Shown: positions 10,787 to 20,993 of the stretch, piece by piece
Layout: every line of letters starts with the position of its first letter
Position numbering within the stretch: position 1 is the stretch's first letter
Assembly: GCA_001563335.1 (NCBI GenBank)
Contig: LRSL01000109.1
Span: 1-64,000, forward strand
Source: Candidatus Thorarchaeota archaeon SMTZ1-45
Lineage (GTDB): Archaea; Asgardarchaeota; Thorarchaeia; Thorarchaeales; Thorarchaeaceae
Direction: 5' to 3'
DNA length: 64,000 bases
Notes under the pieces: model-generated
Told to the model about the DNA's origin: nothing
Database searches by the model: none
What the model saw: only the letters and a program-made list of their open reading frames with translations
Program-made: the position numbers and the translations under genes

Positions 10787-12235
10787 TCATACTAACCTGT
10801 AGTGACCCGGGCGAGGTTCATAGAGGACACCATTGTCCTTCATCCGCGCAAGGGTTTCTGCAGCAACATGATGCTCAACACCTGCTTCTTCTGCAATTTC
10901 GTTCAGGGTTGGTCCCAGATACCCCCTTTTCCCTGTATCTAATTTCTTGATTGCTTTCAATACACGAGTGTTGAATTTGTCAATGCGACTTCCTTTACCC
11001 CACTCCTTCTCAGCACTTTGTTTCAACTCTGTGAGTTCGATAAACTCCTTGAGGGCTGGTTCGAGGATTCGATCCCATGCGTGTTTTAGGTCATTGGTAT
11101 TCACCTTATCCTTCCAAAACGCCCGGGCTGATGAACGGGCAAGCCTTAGAGTACTTAGTGGTCGTCCAAGAGCGTCCGCGTCCAGCAGATGTCCTCGTGC
11201 CAGAACCCTCTCTTCAAAACCAAAGCTCTCACGGAGAACATCCAATCTTGCCAAGATATGTTCAGTACCAGCATCAATACTCCGCTTAGTAATCTCAGGA
11301 GTAAGCATTTGAAATGTTATTGCAGATTTGAGAATAGGTAATCGTAGATTCGAGGGATTTCCAGTTTCAACCCAAAAGTCTTCAGATGCCAAAGCTAGTG
11401 GAACATCCGGGAGGATTGCAGTTTCAGTTTTTGTGATTGCACCAAGAGAAACTTCTCTATATCCAGCAGGGTCCTTTCGTTGTACACAGATTTGTTGCAT
11501 CTTGTTTATTGAAAAAGATCCAACATCGAATCGCCAGAGGCGGGGAGATTTCACTTTAATACCCTGAGCATTCCTGAATGATGGATGTCGACCCTTCATC
11601 GCAGGAGGAACCACACTCTTGATGAATGACAATAAACGTCGAACTTGAGCCTTGGAAGCAATTGCTTGAATACCTGTGGTTAACCCTCCAATACATTCTT
11701 GATATGGCGGACTAGAAACAAATAGACGGGCAAATACCCTTTTACTTGCTTCACTCATTCCCACGTGCTCAAAGAGGATTTCAGAGATTTCATTAAGCCT
11801 CAGCGGAGGTCGAATATCTGAGATGAAGTCAATCGGTCTGGCACTCCAAGTTTCAGCTGCAATAGCACGAATTATTAAATTTGATTCTTGAAGTGGTCGT
11901 GGTGCCGCCACGCGAGAACCAACCACCTCTATAAAGGCTCCATCTGGAGGTAGCTCTTGATCTCTCTCAAAGAAGATGAATTCTCCATCCATCAGCCAAG
12001 GACTAGGTGTCAGAAGCACCAAGCTTGTGTCACGTGTGTGATGAACAAAGCCATGATATCTGTAAAGACGGGCTGTTTCTTTTTCCCGAAATTGCTTAAG
12101 TAATTGTGATTCCCATTGTGCTAGTTCAGTTCCATACTGTCGGGTATAGAGGTCACTGATACTTGTGGCATCTGCAAGCCTATCATGATTTGAACCATGA
12201 CGTCTAAATAACTCCTCTATATCCATGTGAATCAA
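10787..12235 (-). CDS. Degenerate MCM-like protein (OB-like, lid and winged-helix segments; no Walker motifs)
   Basis: RPLSTLRLARSSARAFWKDKVNTND resembles the MCM sensor-2/lid; C-terminal GVLYEPRPGHYRLV resembles the archaeal MCM winged helix. Confidence 0.6.
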   Translation of the reverse strand: MIHMDIEELFRRHGSNHDRLADATSISDLYTRQYGTELAQWESQLLKQFREKETARLYRYHGFVHHTRDTSLVLLTPSPWLMDGEFIFFERDQELPPDGAFIEVVGSRVAAPRPLQESNLIIRAIAAETWSARPIDFISDIRPPLRLNEISEILFEHVGMSEASKRVFARLFVSSPPYQECIGGLTTGIQAIASKAQVRRLLSFIKSVVPPAMKGRHPSFRNAQGIKVKSPRLWRFDVGSFSINKMQQICVQRKDPAGYREVSLGAITKTETAILPDVPLALASEDFWVETGNPSNLRLPILKSAITFQMLTPEITKRSIDAGTEHILARLDVLRESFGFEERVLARGHLLDADALGRPLSTLRLARSSARAFWKDKVNTNDLKHAWDRILEPALKEFIELTELKQSAEKEWGKGSRIDKFNTRVLKAIKKLDTGKRGYLGPTLNEIAEEAGVEHHVAAETLARMKDNGVLYEPRPGHYRLV

Positions 12236-13230
12236 TCTCTCTTTGCTGCTCTTTTCTGTTTCTTCTCTCTGCGAACATATTCACGATATGCCTTAGGGTA
12301 TGTTTTTGCTAGCTCCTCTGCTGTTGGTAGGCGATCGCTGTAGGGGATATATGATCCTCCGAGTTTAGCCTTGGCGAGTTCCTTTTCTAAGAGAGGTCGA
12401 AGTTTTTTATTGATTTCAAAACCAAGGAAATGGCGGAAGTTCATTTTAGCAGCCACTGCAGTTGTGCCATTCCCCATGAATGGATCAAGTACAATATCAC
12501 CAGGTTTTGAGGAGAAATCTATGCATCTTGAAACCACCTCAAGTGGAAGGGTTGTGGCATTCTTAGTAAGACCTGTACGATACTGGCGCTTAACTGACCA
12601 GACATCCTCAGGATAGTTTTCAATCTTGTTGAAGAAGTACTTTTGTGAGTTCTTGACAAGAAGTACGATGTGGTAATGACTTGTAACAAATCGCCTCTTC
12701 GTATAGACTCCAAATGGATAGTGCCATATTAGATGATTCAGAGTCACAAGCCCAGCGTCACGGGCTCCTTGAAGCACAGCATCGAGGTTTGTCCAACCAC
12801 TGAAGACATAGGCGGATGATTCTGGCTTCATGATTCTAGGTAGTTTCGAAAGCCATCTTGATGTGAATTCTTGATAAGACTCACTTGTTTCCTCATACCC
12901 CTCAACAACTAAGCGCTCATCTCGATTGTACACACTACTCTTTCCATTAAAGGCAATCCCGAAGGGGGGATCTGCAATGACCATGTCTATTGACGCATCA
13001 GGAAGTCGCTTCATCCCAACGACACAGTCTTCGAAACTGATTGTATCCAACTCGAAATTAGGTGATGGTGACTTGGTTTCACTGTAGAGGTTTTCAGCCT
13101 CAGCTTTAGACCAATCGAATGCTGGTTTGAAGTAGAATTCAGCAAGGTTGGGGACATATCGTTTCGTTCGTCCCTTCCTTGTTTCATCCTTCTTTTTTGA
13201 ATCTGTGTTAGTGGTCATATGCAGTTTCAC
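12232..13230 (-). CDS. Amino (N6-A/N4-C) DNA methyltransferase, beta class
   Basis: DPPF catalytic motif precedes the VLDPFMGNGTT SAM-binding motif. Confidence 0.9.
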   Translation of the reverse strand: MKLHMTTNTDSKKKDETRKGRTKRYVPNLAEFYFKPAFDWSKAEAENLYSETKSPSPNFELDTISFEDCVVGMKRLPDASIDMVIADPPFGIAFNGKSSVYNRDERLVVEGYEETSESYQEFTSRWLSKLPRIMKPESSAYVFSGWTNLDAVLQGARDAGLVTLNHLIWHYPFGVYTKRRFVTSHYHIVLLVKNSQKYFFNKIENYPEDVWSVKRQYRTGLTKNATTLPLEVVSRCIDFSSKPGDIVLDPFMGNGTTAVAAKMNFRHFLGFEINKKLRPLLEKELAKAKLGGSYIPYSDRLPTAEELAKTYPKAYREYVRREKKQKRAAKRD

Positions 13231-13267
13231 AAAGATGTTCTAGTCGGTTCTTCTTAAGACTAGTCAT

Positions 13268-14365
13268 TCACATTATATCTGATGGATCGACCCCACGGGA
13301 CATTGCTCGTTTTGTCATCCAGTCCAGTTGGTTAGCTGGCTGTTCGGGTCTATCAGGAGATTCATCACGAACAAGCTCAAGCGCGCCTTCAGGGCAAACG
13401 ATCGCACAAACACCACACCCGATGCATCGCTTTGTGTCAACAACACAGACATCTTCAGGAACACTGAGTGCATCAAACTGGCATCGGTCAACACATGATT
13501 CACAGCCTGTGCAGAGGTCAACATTCACAGTCATTATGAAGTCGGTCTTTATGTATTCACGAGGATTCTCAAGTTTCTCTACACCTCTAAGGATACCACA
13601 GCAACACGTACAACAGTTGCAAATGAAGGTCCTTCCAGACTGAACATTGTAGGTGCAATGAATTAGACCTGCTTCTTCCGCTACTCTCAGAAGTCTGAGT
13701 GCCTCCTCTTTTGTGATTGGTTTTGTGAGCTCATCATCATCAAACGCATTCTCTTTGTTTGGAGCAAATGCAATACAGACTTCCCGCGGATAGTCACAAC
13801 CCTCGCCAATCAGATCTTTTTGCTTGCGACAAATACAGTCTCGAACACCCCATGAAGCAGATGACTCGATTATCGCTTCAGCCTTCTCAAGACTATGAAT
13901 CTCAAGCTCTGTACTCACGCTCTGATTGACAGGAATCACCTGAAAAATGACGGGTCTGGTTTCTACTAATTTTCTGAATCCATTCTTATGTGAAAAATAC
14001 TGTTCGAGGATTTGAGCAAACTCAGCATCCATTCTGTTGAGTTGCTCCTCATAGATACCAACTGCGAAAGGTAGCAGACCGTACTTTCTAGCACCTGCAC
14101 TCTTTGACACCCATGAGTTGATCTGACCCTTCTCACGCATCAGTTCAAGAGTTTTCTCTAGTTCTTCCTTTGGACGATTCAACCTGACAGATATTTCATC
14201 CAATGTTTCACCACTGAGCTTTAACTGGCTGGCAAGCTCAGCCTCCTCTGGTTTGAATATCCACTCGAGTACTCGGAGATGTGAGCCATCTTCAACTGGT
14301 GGAAACCCATTTGGAATAGTGTCTAAGACTTTAGCGAGTTTTTCATATGGATTCATGACAATCAC
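13268..14365 (-). CDS. 4Fe-4S dicluster protein with N-terminal HTH
   Basis: CICR, ICNCCTCCC and two CxxCxxCxxxC ferredoxin motifs. Confidence 0.85.
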   Translation of the reverse strand: MIVMNPYEKLAKVLDTIPNGFPPVEDGSHLRVLEWIFKPEEAELASQLKLSGETLDEISVRLNRPKEELEKTLELMREKGQINSWVSKSAGARKYGLLPFAVGIYEEQLNRMDAEFAQILEQYFSHKNGFRKLVETRPVIFQVIPVNQSVSTELEIHSLEKAEAIIESSASWGVRDCICRKQKDLIGEGCDYPREVCIAFAPNKENAFDDDELTKPITKEEALRLLRVAEEAGLIHCTYNVQSGRTFICNCCTCCCGILRGVEKLENPREYIKTDFIMTVNVDLCTGCESCVDRCQFDALSVPEDVCVVDTKRCIGCGVCAIVCPEGALELVRDESPDRPEQPANQLDWMTKRAMSRGVDPSDIM

Positions 14366-14405
14366 AACTCAGTCTTCATGTGAAGCGTTCAAGATAATCC
14401 TTCTG

Positions 14406-15752
14406 TTATGCTGGACACTGGAGCTTTATACCGAGTGGGCTGAGTTCCTCATTTACTTTCTCCACAATAGTATTGCACTCTAAACCCTTGCCAATCAGAA
14501 TATGAGCTAAAGATTGTTGGAAAGGTGGAAGAAATGGGATTTCACTAGCGGCAAGAATTTCAGTATAAACTTCTTTAACGCGGGGAGCTGTCAGATAGTT
14601 TTCAAGCTCATCGAGAGTCGTCTGTGTATCAAGGAGCATCAGTCCAATCTTCTTGAGAAATGCAGGTTTTGGAACATTAACAGAAGGACCGAATAAAAGA
14701 TCCACCTTCTCCTCGAACCAATCTTGCATCCGGTCTACAGTGTAAGCTGGAAGCACTATTGGTGAATCCCCATCTTTTACGGGAGCAATGATTCTAATTA
14801 GACCACGTTTTTCAGCTGAGAGCACAAAGTCTGAGAAGCGTCTATAGCCTATTTTATTGGTTTCAAGTCCACGCTCTCGAAGCTCAATTCCTAGCTCCAT
14901 AAGAGTAAAAGGAGGACCTTCATTGAAACGTTCTTCCACAACTTGTGTCATGAATGCGAATGCTTCATTCACTTCTTGTGATATCTTGACCGACTGTGGA
15001 GATATCTTATCGGGTAAGCTTAGAATTGTTCTTGGCATTTCACCCTCTCGGATAATGTAGTTTTGTGCTTCAGCCCAATCCAAGAAATCATTCCAATGAC
15101 CAAATCCCATTGTAGCTTCATCAAAATCAGGGTTCAATGACCTCATCACGTGTTTTGCGTGTCCTACACCAGGCATGTTACTTGTTTTAGTGATTACTCG
15201 AATCACTTCCTGTAGTTGAACAGCTGCGAGATGTCGCAGTTGCACAATACTTTGAACTGACTCGTCGCAGTCTTCTGGACGAACACAATCCAGAGCTGGT
15301 CTGAAGGAAAGGATATCGCTGTAGATTGTAGCAAGTTCAGGAAGTTCAGATGCAGTAATGATTGGATTACTGATCAACCACAATTCTACACCATGTTCAC
15401 GGAGTGCACCGGCAATAAGCTTGAAGTCACCATCTCCGGTGATTAGAACATAACGTGTAGTTTCAGGGTAGTGTACAAGATGGTCCAAGATATACGCAGC
15501 CATCTTATAGTCACTAGCATTATCGCGTTCGTCAGGGATGTGAATTAAGTCATAACCTAGAGCATAAAGTTCCTCAGCCATCCGTCGTCTTGCATCCCAA
15601 TCAGCAAAAGCATACGCACGAGTAATAGCCCCAGCTTGGCGTATCCTCTCAGTCATGGTTCTGTGGGTGGCTGATTCATCAGCGACGTTTTCAACGTCCC
15701 AAAAGATTGCCATATGAGGTGTGTTCTGTGGAAAGGCCATTGAGAAACGCAC
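14406..15752 (-). CDS. NYN-domain ribonuclease with OST-HTH/LOTUS domains
   Basis: IFWDVEN, NASD, LITGDGDF (NYN); PDFDEATMGF and GYRRFSDFV (LOTUS-like). Confidence 0.85.
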   Translation of the reverse strand: MRFSMAFPQNTPHMAIFWDVENVADESATHRTMTERIRQAGAITRAYAFADWDARRRMAEELYALGYDLIHIPDERDNASDYKMAAYILDHLVHYPETTRYVLITGDGDFKLIAGALREHGVELWLISNPIITASELPELATIYSDILSFRPALDCVRPEDCDESVQSIVQLRHLAAVQLQEVIRVITKTSNMPGVGHAKHVMRSLNPDFDEATMGFGHWNDFLDWAEAQNYIIREGEMPRTILSLPDKISPQSVKISQEVNEAFAFMTQVVEERFNEGPPFTLMELGIELRERGLETNKIGYRRFSDFVLSAEKRGLIRIIAPVKDGDSPIVLPAYTVDRMQDWFEEKVDLLFGPSVNVPKPAFLKKIGLMLLDTQTTLDELENYLTAPRVKEVYTEILAASEIPFLPPFQQSLAHILIGKGLECNTIVEKVNEELSPLGIKLQCPA

Positions 15753-15954
15753 TCCATTTCATTCACTCTTTGAAACCGGTGCTATATGAGCTTGCTGACA
15801 TTACGAGTTGGGTAATTACTAATACTATCACCCTTTGGTAAAGGGGATTCAACGACTAAGTGCTGTTGTGGATTTTATCTAAGCAGGAGAGTTGTGGAGG
15901 GTCTATTCATCTTGGAATAGTCAAGGAACTACTTATCGTATTCTGCTACAAGCT

Positions 15955-17001
15955 TCATGTAACTCCTTTAGGAAGATGAATCGCAAACTCACATGTATCA
16001 TCTCCCTTTGTCAGGGACTTTACAATTTCTATCTTCAGAGGGTGTTCAAGGATTCCCTCCCAAAGCTGTTTTGGCCAACCTGCAGAACAATAGCAGAAGA
16101 CCTCTGGGGTTTCATCAAGGCAATCTCTAATCAATGGACAGAAGCAGTAGGCTCTTCTTCTCTCAGCAGCATTTTTAGATTCCTTATACGCTGATGGATT
16201 GGCAGGGCTTTTCTCCGAATAGATGATGGAACCCTCACGTCTGAGTAATTTTGGATAGTATCCACCTTTAGATGTCATTGCTTCAATAACAATATCAACA
16301 CTTCTAGTAGATCTGAAGAGATCCCTCATTGGAGGTATGAGCTCTATAGGGTAAACATGTGCACAGTGTGATAAAATCTCGAATTGCTGTTCACCATTTG
16401 CCATATTTTCCAAGATGCCAAGAGATTCACAGAGAGCTTTCTGGCGAACATCTGCAGGAGAGTCGATACTGAGTTTACTTATTGGTGCCAAGATTTCATC
16501 TTTGGCTTCTAAGCCCAGCACAGCTTCTAACTTAGCCATGTATCTCTCGGTCCAATCATGAAGTATTGCTTGAATCTCAATCACAGTATTCTCAGGGTGC
16601 TCTATATCTAAGTTATAGTAGACTTCTCTTGTTGATTCAGCAATAGGATGACCTCTCTCGTAGGTGTGCCTAGATACCCTAGAGTAGGAGTGGTTTATCT
16701 CTGAATAAGGTCCTCTATGTATCATTGTCATTGCATCCTTTCTGGGGAGCTTTACTGAAGTTAGCTCATTCCCTTCAATCTCCTCTTTAATCGGAAGACA
16801 CACATCCATATCATGACCATCTGAATCACTTACGCCCCAATGATGAATTACGATAGGATTTCCAGCGACCAAATTTCCAGCAACTGCGTTAAGACTTGTA
16901 AAAACTTCTGGAAGATCAGCAACTGAGCCATGAATTCGATTCTGTGCTACAAGAGTTTCATCTAACACCTTATGGACTACTTTCTCCTCAATAGAGTGCA
17001 T
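15955..17001 (-). CDS. GyrI-like ligand-binding domain fused to a Cys-rich (V4R-like) domain
   Basis: HRGPYSEI and REVYY (GyrI); YCFCP, FCYCSAGW and GDDTCEF. Start probably ATG 17001. Confidence 0.7.
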   Translation of the reverse strand: MHSIEEKVVHKVLDETLVAQNRIHGSVADLPEVFTSLNAVAGNLVAGNPIVIHHWGVSDSDGHDMDVCLPIKEEIEGNELTSVKLPRKDAMTMIHRGPYSEINHSYSRVSRHTYERGHPIAESTREVYYNLDIEHPENTVIEIQAILHDWTERYMAKLEAVLGLEAKDEILAPISKLSIDSPADVRQKALCESLGILENMANGEQQFEILSHCAHVYPIELIPPMRDLFRSTRSVDIVIEAMTSKGGYYPKLLRREGSIIYSEKSPANPSAYKESKNAAERRRAYCFCPLIRDCLDETPEVFCYCSAGWPKQLWEGILEHPLKIEIVKSLTKGDDTCEFAIHLPKGVT

Positions 17002-17132
17002 CTCTGAATCACTCTGGAGTACATCATTGAAATCATATATCAATAACAAGTTCGTAGCAAGATTTCAGCATTTAGATAGATGCTCACATCAGGTCAGTTT
17101 TAAGAGCATGTCATCTAAACGACGGATGGGTC

Positions 17133-18575
17133 TTGAGTATGAAGAAAGACGCTTGGGATTGGATTTTAGCAAACGAGAGTATGATTATCGAAGCAAGTGA
17201 TAAAGTATGGAGACTCGCAGAACTTGGACTCGTGGAGGAGAAGTCCTCAAAGTTTCTGGCTGAGATTCTGGAGGACCATGGTTTTATCATAGAGATGGGA
17301 GTTGCAGATATGCCAACGGCGTTCATAGCAACATATGGCAAGGGCAATCCCACAATTGGGTTCATGGGAGAATATGATGCACTTCCAGGATTATCACAGA
17401 AGCCAGTTCCATATCAAGACCCTATAGAAGAAGGAGCACCAGGACATGGGTGTGGGCATAATATCCATGGTGTTACTGGTGTGATGGGAGCAATTGCTAC
17501 AAAGGTAGTGCTGGAAAAGCATGGTCTTGATGGTACTATCAAGTTCTTTGGTACTCCCGCTGAGGAAACATATAGTGGGAAGGTCTTCATGGTCAGAGCT
17601 GGTTGTTTTGATGGCATTGATGCAGTTTTCAGCCACCATCCTGGTCGGTTCAATGTTGCGGGATTGGGTAGCAGTCTTGCCATGAATTCAGCGAAGTTTC
17701 ACTTCTATGGCACTACCGCTCATGCAGCGGCTACTCCCTATGTTGGTAGAAGTGCCCTCGATGCAGTTGAGCTCATGAATATCGGTGTGAACTTCATGCG
17801 TGAGCATGTTGTTCAGGAGGCTCGTGTTCACTATGTAATCGAAGAGGGAGGTTTACAGCCAAATGTCGTACCCGATTATGCTCGTACTTGGTATTATATT
17901 CGAGCACCAGAACGTGAACAGGTTGACCAAATCTATGACTGGGTATTGAAAATTGCTGAGGGGGCTGCATTGATGACTCAGACCAAACTCAAGATTGAGT
18001 TTATCGAAGGATTATCCAATGAACTTCCGAGTAAAGGTCTGAGTAAGCTCGTCATTGCTAACATGAGAGAGATTGGTGCTCCTGAGTATACAGAAGACGA
18101 GATGAAATTCGCAACTGAGATGGCCAAGACTGTTTCAAAAGAGGTAAAGATTGAGCAACTAAGGGCCTCTAAACGACCTGGATGGGAGCAATTGGTTGAG
18201 GATGATGTTCATATCGATAGGGAGATACATGACCCTTGGGATGAGGGAATTGTATGGCCAGGTTCCACCGATACTGGCGATGTCAGCTGGATTACGCCAA
18301 CCATGGAATTCCAAACTGCTACAGCCACCCTTGAGGCGGCAGGTCACGATTGGCAATGGACAGCTTGTTGTGGAATGAGTATTGGTCACAAGTCACTCAT
18401 TTTGGCAACCAAGGTTATAGCAGGATCGGCAATAGAACTTTTCACAAAACCAGATTTGCTCAAGAAAATTAAGGATGAACATGTCGAGAAAATGGTGGGT
18501 AGGAAGTACAAGTGTCCAATTCCAAAGGATGTAAGACCACCATTGGAAATTGCTAAAAAACGGGCCTTGAAATGA
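17133..18575 (+). CDS. M20D amidohydrolase (AbgB-like)
   Basis: EYDALPG, GHGCGHN, GTPAEE, GRSALDAVELMN and GSTD motifs. Confidence 0.92.
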   Translation: MSMKKDAWDWILANESMIIEASDKVWRLAELGLVEEKSSKFLAEILEDHGFIIEMGVADMPTAFIATYGKGNPTIGFMGEYDALPGLSQKPVPYQDPIEEGAPGHGCGHNIHGVTGVMGAIATKVVLEKHGLDGTIKFFGTPAEETYSGKVFMVRAGCFDGIDAVFSHHPGRFNVAGLGSSLAMNSAKFHFYGTTAHAAATPYVGRSALDAVELMNIGVNFMREHVVQEARVHYVIEEGGLQPNVVPDYARTWYYIRAPEREQVDQIYDWVLKIAEGAALMTQTKLKIEFIEGLSNELPSKGLSKLVIANMREIGAPEYTEDEMKFATEMAKTVSKEVKIEQLRASKRPGWEQLVEDDVHIDREIHDPWDEGIVWPGSTDTGDVSWITPTMEFQTATATLEAAGHDWQWTACCGMSIGHKSLILATKVIAGSAIELFTKPDLLKKIKDEHVEKMVGRKYKCPIPKDVRPPLEIAKKRALK

Positions 18576-18670
18576 CCAATTTTAAGTTTGGCTATGGCAA
18601 CGTCTTCTACAGCTTGTGACTAAACACTACGCAAAGAAATGATTGAACGTCTTTGATATATCTATTCGAA

Positions 18671-19186
18671 TCAGTGGAATGATGCGATAATGCTTCTTGC
18701 AATCATCTCAAATGCTTTGTTGACATTCATATCGAGGCGAACAGATGTTTCAATATGGTCTATACCGAGCTGAGCAGCTATATTCTGGCCTTCCTCCGTA
18801 GAAACAACCCGATCCATTGCGAGGTCTGTTTTGTTGCCAACAAGAATGGCTCTGTAATCGTCTAGATTTCTATCAACCTCATTCTTCCATTCAAGGACTT
18901 CGTTAAGTGATTCCCAAGATGTAACATCGTACATGAAAATTACTCCTTGAGCCCCTAAGTAGTAGTTCGCACGTGTTCGTTCAAGAAAGTCTTGAGAGCC
19001 TAGATCCCAGATTTGTAAGTTCACAGAGTCCTCATCAACATCCATTTTCTTGTAGGCAAATCCTACTCCAAGTGTTGGGGAATAATGTTCACGGAATGTT
19101 CCAGTTGAATACCTAATTATGATGCTGGTCTTTCCTACTGATGCTGATCCAACTGTAACTATCTTCAATAGATAGGAGGGACTCAT
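18671..19186 (-). CDS. Rab/Ras-like small GTPase
   Basis: GSASVGKTS (G1), PTLG (G2), WDLGSQ (variant G3), NKTD (G4), ETS (G5); no C-terminal prenylation motif. Confidence 0.92.
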   Translation of the reverse strand: MSPSYLLKIVTVGSASVGKTSIIIRYSTGTFREHYSPTLGVGFAYKKMDVDEDSVNLQIWDLGSQDFLERTRANYYLGAQGVIFMYDVTSWESLNEVLEWKNEVDRNLDDYRAILVGNKTDLAMDRVVSTEEGQNIAAQLGIDHIETSVRLDMNVNKAFEMIARSIIASFH

Positions 19187-19261
19187 GCACTGTCACCATC
19201 AATCTTTCTTCAACATTCTTAGATAATAGTTGCTCAGATGAAAGCAACTCTGATTTAACCA

Positions 19262-20848
19262 TTAGATTATGATTTCTTTTGGTATTAATATGCCACGTTG
19301 AGTTGCGAGAATTAGAAGAGTCAATTTAGCAGCAGGACCAAGGTTCGCATATTCCACCATTATACGTTCGAAGGTCTCAACGCGATCTCTTCCTACCCAT
19401 TCAGTAGGAAGAAGATCAATTAATGGAGTTCCTGAAGCTGAGCGGATCTGCGTAATACTCTCAGATTTGTAAATAATATGACCTCTGGTTACAAGAATAT
19501 ATGCAAGTTCCTCTAAGGCACTGGACCAGACAATTTGCAACCGACTTGTTTCAATTGGTCCGACATGCGGCTTTGTAGGAGTACTCAAAATCTCTAGCCA
19601 GTATGCAAATTCTTCAAAGCCTCTAAGGTCGAATGCCGAATAGCGTCTTATGATTCGTTGTGAAAAGACTGTTGTCAAGTTTCCTATAAACCGTTCAATT
19701 TTTGTGGGATTTAATGCATTCACAAATTGAGCAAGTATTTTCATCCATTCTCCAAAGAGCATCATTAGCCTTCTTTGATTCAATCCTTCAAGGACCTTGA
19801 AATCAAAATCAACAGACCATTTACCATCTTTCAGTACTAACTGACTGAGAGCTTCTGGTGCTTTGGAGGTCTTCATGACGAATTGTAACCCATTTGTCGC
19901 TTCAGTCACATTGTAGGTCCCTTCAGCCACGCGAATCGCAAGCTCAAGTGCTTCTTTCGCTAGTAGAATGCGCCTTTTTTCTGGTGTAAGCGCTTCGATG
20001 ACTCCAACTTCAATAAGGAAATCTAAAGATCTCAGGAGTTCACTTTCATCATAGCGAGCACCAAGCTCAGCAAGTATCTCCCTCACCGTCCGACGGCCGT
20101 CTATTAGCCCTGCGAGATGTGGTATTACGTCAGCCATATCAGGATGTAGAGTGCGGAGGTCTTGTGTTTCTGCTGATGTGGCTTGAGCATATCTCACAAA
20201 CTGAGTCCCGGTCGTCATAAAGTCATTGAAATTAAACATATTTCGAAACCGTATGACTCGATGTGCCCAAAGTTTTGAAAGATCAAGGACAACTTCGCGA
20301 CGTGACAGACCACTGACCTCGATTATCTCATTTACATTTCTAGTTCCATTTATGTAGTTCATCAAAAGACTAGGAATTGCTTCACGTGATTGTGACTTAG
20401 TTGTGAAATATGGAACCCAAGTTTCACCTAGAAGCCGGAGGGATAGCTTCTCCATAACACGCTCTCCAAATGCCTCCAAGTAGACATCCACAAATGAAGT
20501 TTCGAAGCTGTAGTCAAAAGGATCGACCACTTCAAGCCAGTCAAGTTCAAACTCAGCAAGAAGTGAGTCCAAGATATCGAGAGACTCCTGAGTCAAGCGT
20601 TGAACACTGACTGCAATCATGTTTGTATTGACACCGTTGATTAATGTAAACAATCGAGCACCATAATCAACTTGGACTATAGGAGATTTCTCATCAAAGA
20701 CTTCCTTCGAGAACATGTCGATAGCAGCAAAAAAACTTGAAGCCATAACTGGGTCCATATTGAGTGCCTTTGGATCAAGCTGCATATAGAATCTAGGTGC
20801 ACCACCCTTGTCAGTTATCAGGAGAGCTTCGATTGCATGACTCATCAA
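19262..20848 (-). CDS. Longin-like + tandem winged-helix protein (NPRL2-like architecture)
   Basis: N-terminal longin-like segment, then WVPYF...YINGTRNVNEI and LIDGRRTVREI winged-helix repeats; upstream of the GTPase on the same strand. Confidence 0.65.
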   Translation of the reverse strand: MMSHAIEALLITDKGGAPRFYMQLDPKALNMDPVMASSFFAAIDMFSKEVFDEKSPIVQVDYGARLFTLINGVNTNMIAVSVQRLTQESLDILDSLLAEFELDWLEVVDPFDYSFETSFVDVYLEAFGERVMEKLSLRLLGETWVPYFTTKSQSREAIPSLLMNYINGTRNVNEIIEVSGLSRREVVLDLSKLWAHRVIRFRNMFNFNDFMTTGTQFVRYAQATSAETQDLRTLHPDMADVIPHLAGLIDGRRTVREILAELGARYDESELLRSLDFLIEVGVIEALTPEKRRILLAKEALELAIRVAEGTYNVTEATNGLQFVMKTSKAPEALSQLVLKDGKWSVDFDFKVLEGLNQRRLMMLFGEWMKILAQFVNALNPTKIERFIGNLTTVFSQRIIRRYSAFDLRGFEEFAYWLEILSTPTKPHVGPIETSRLQIVWSSALEELAYILVTRGHIIYKSESITQIRSASGTPLIDLLPTEWVGRDRVETFERIMVEYANLGPAAKLTLLILATQRGILIPKEIII

Positions 20849-20993
20849 GTCATATCACCGGTAGATAACCTCCAGCGTCAATTCATATTAGCTTACCTTG
20901 GCTATAGAATTGACATTGTTTTTATCTCAGAAAACCTTTACAGCATAGATGTGCCTATTTTTAGCTGATTCGCTTGACGGGGTTGATGAATCT

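Noticed and set aside
12232-13230. Complete restriction-modification system
   Set aside because: No recognisable restriction endonuclease is adjacent.
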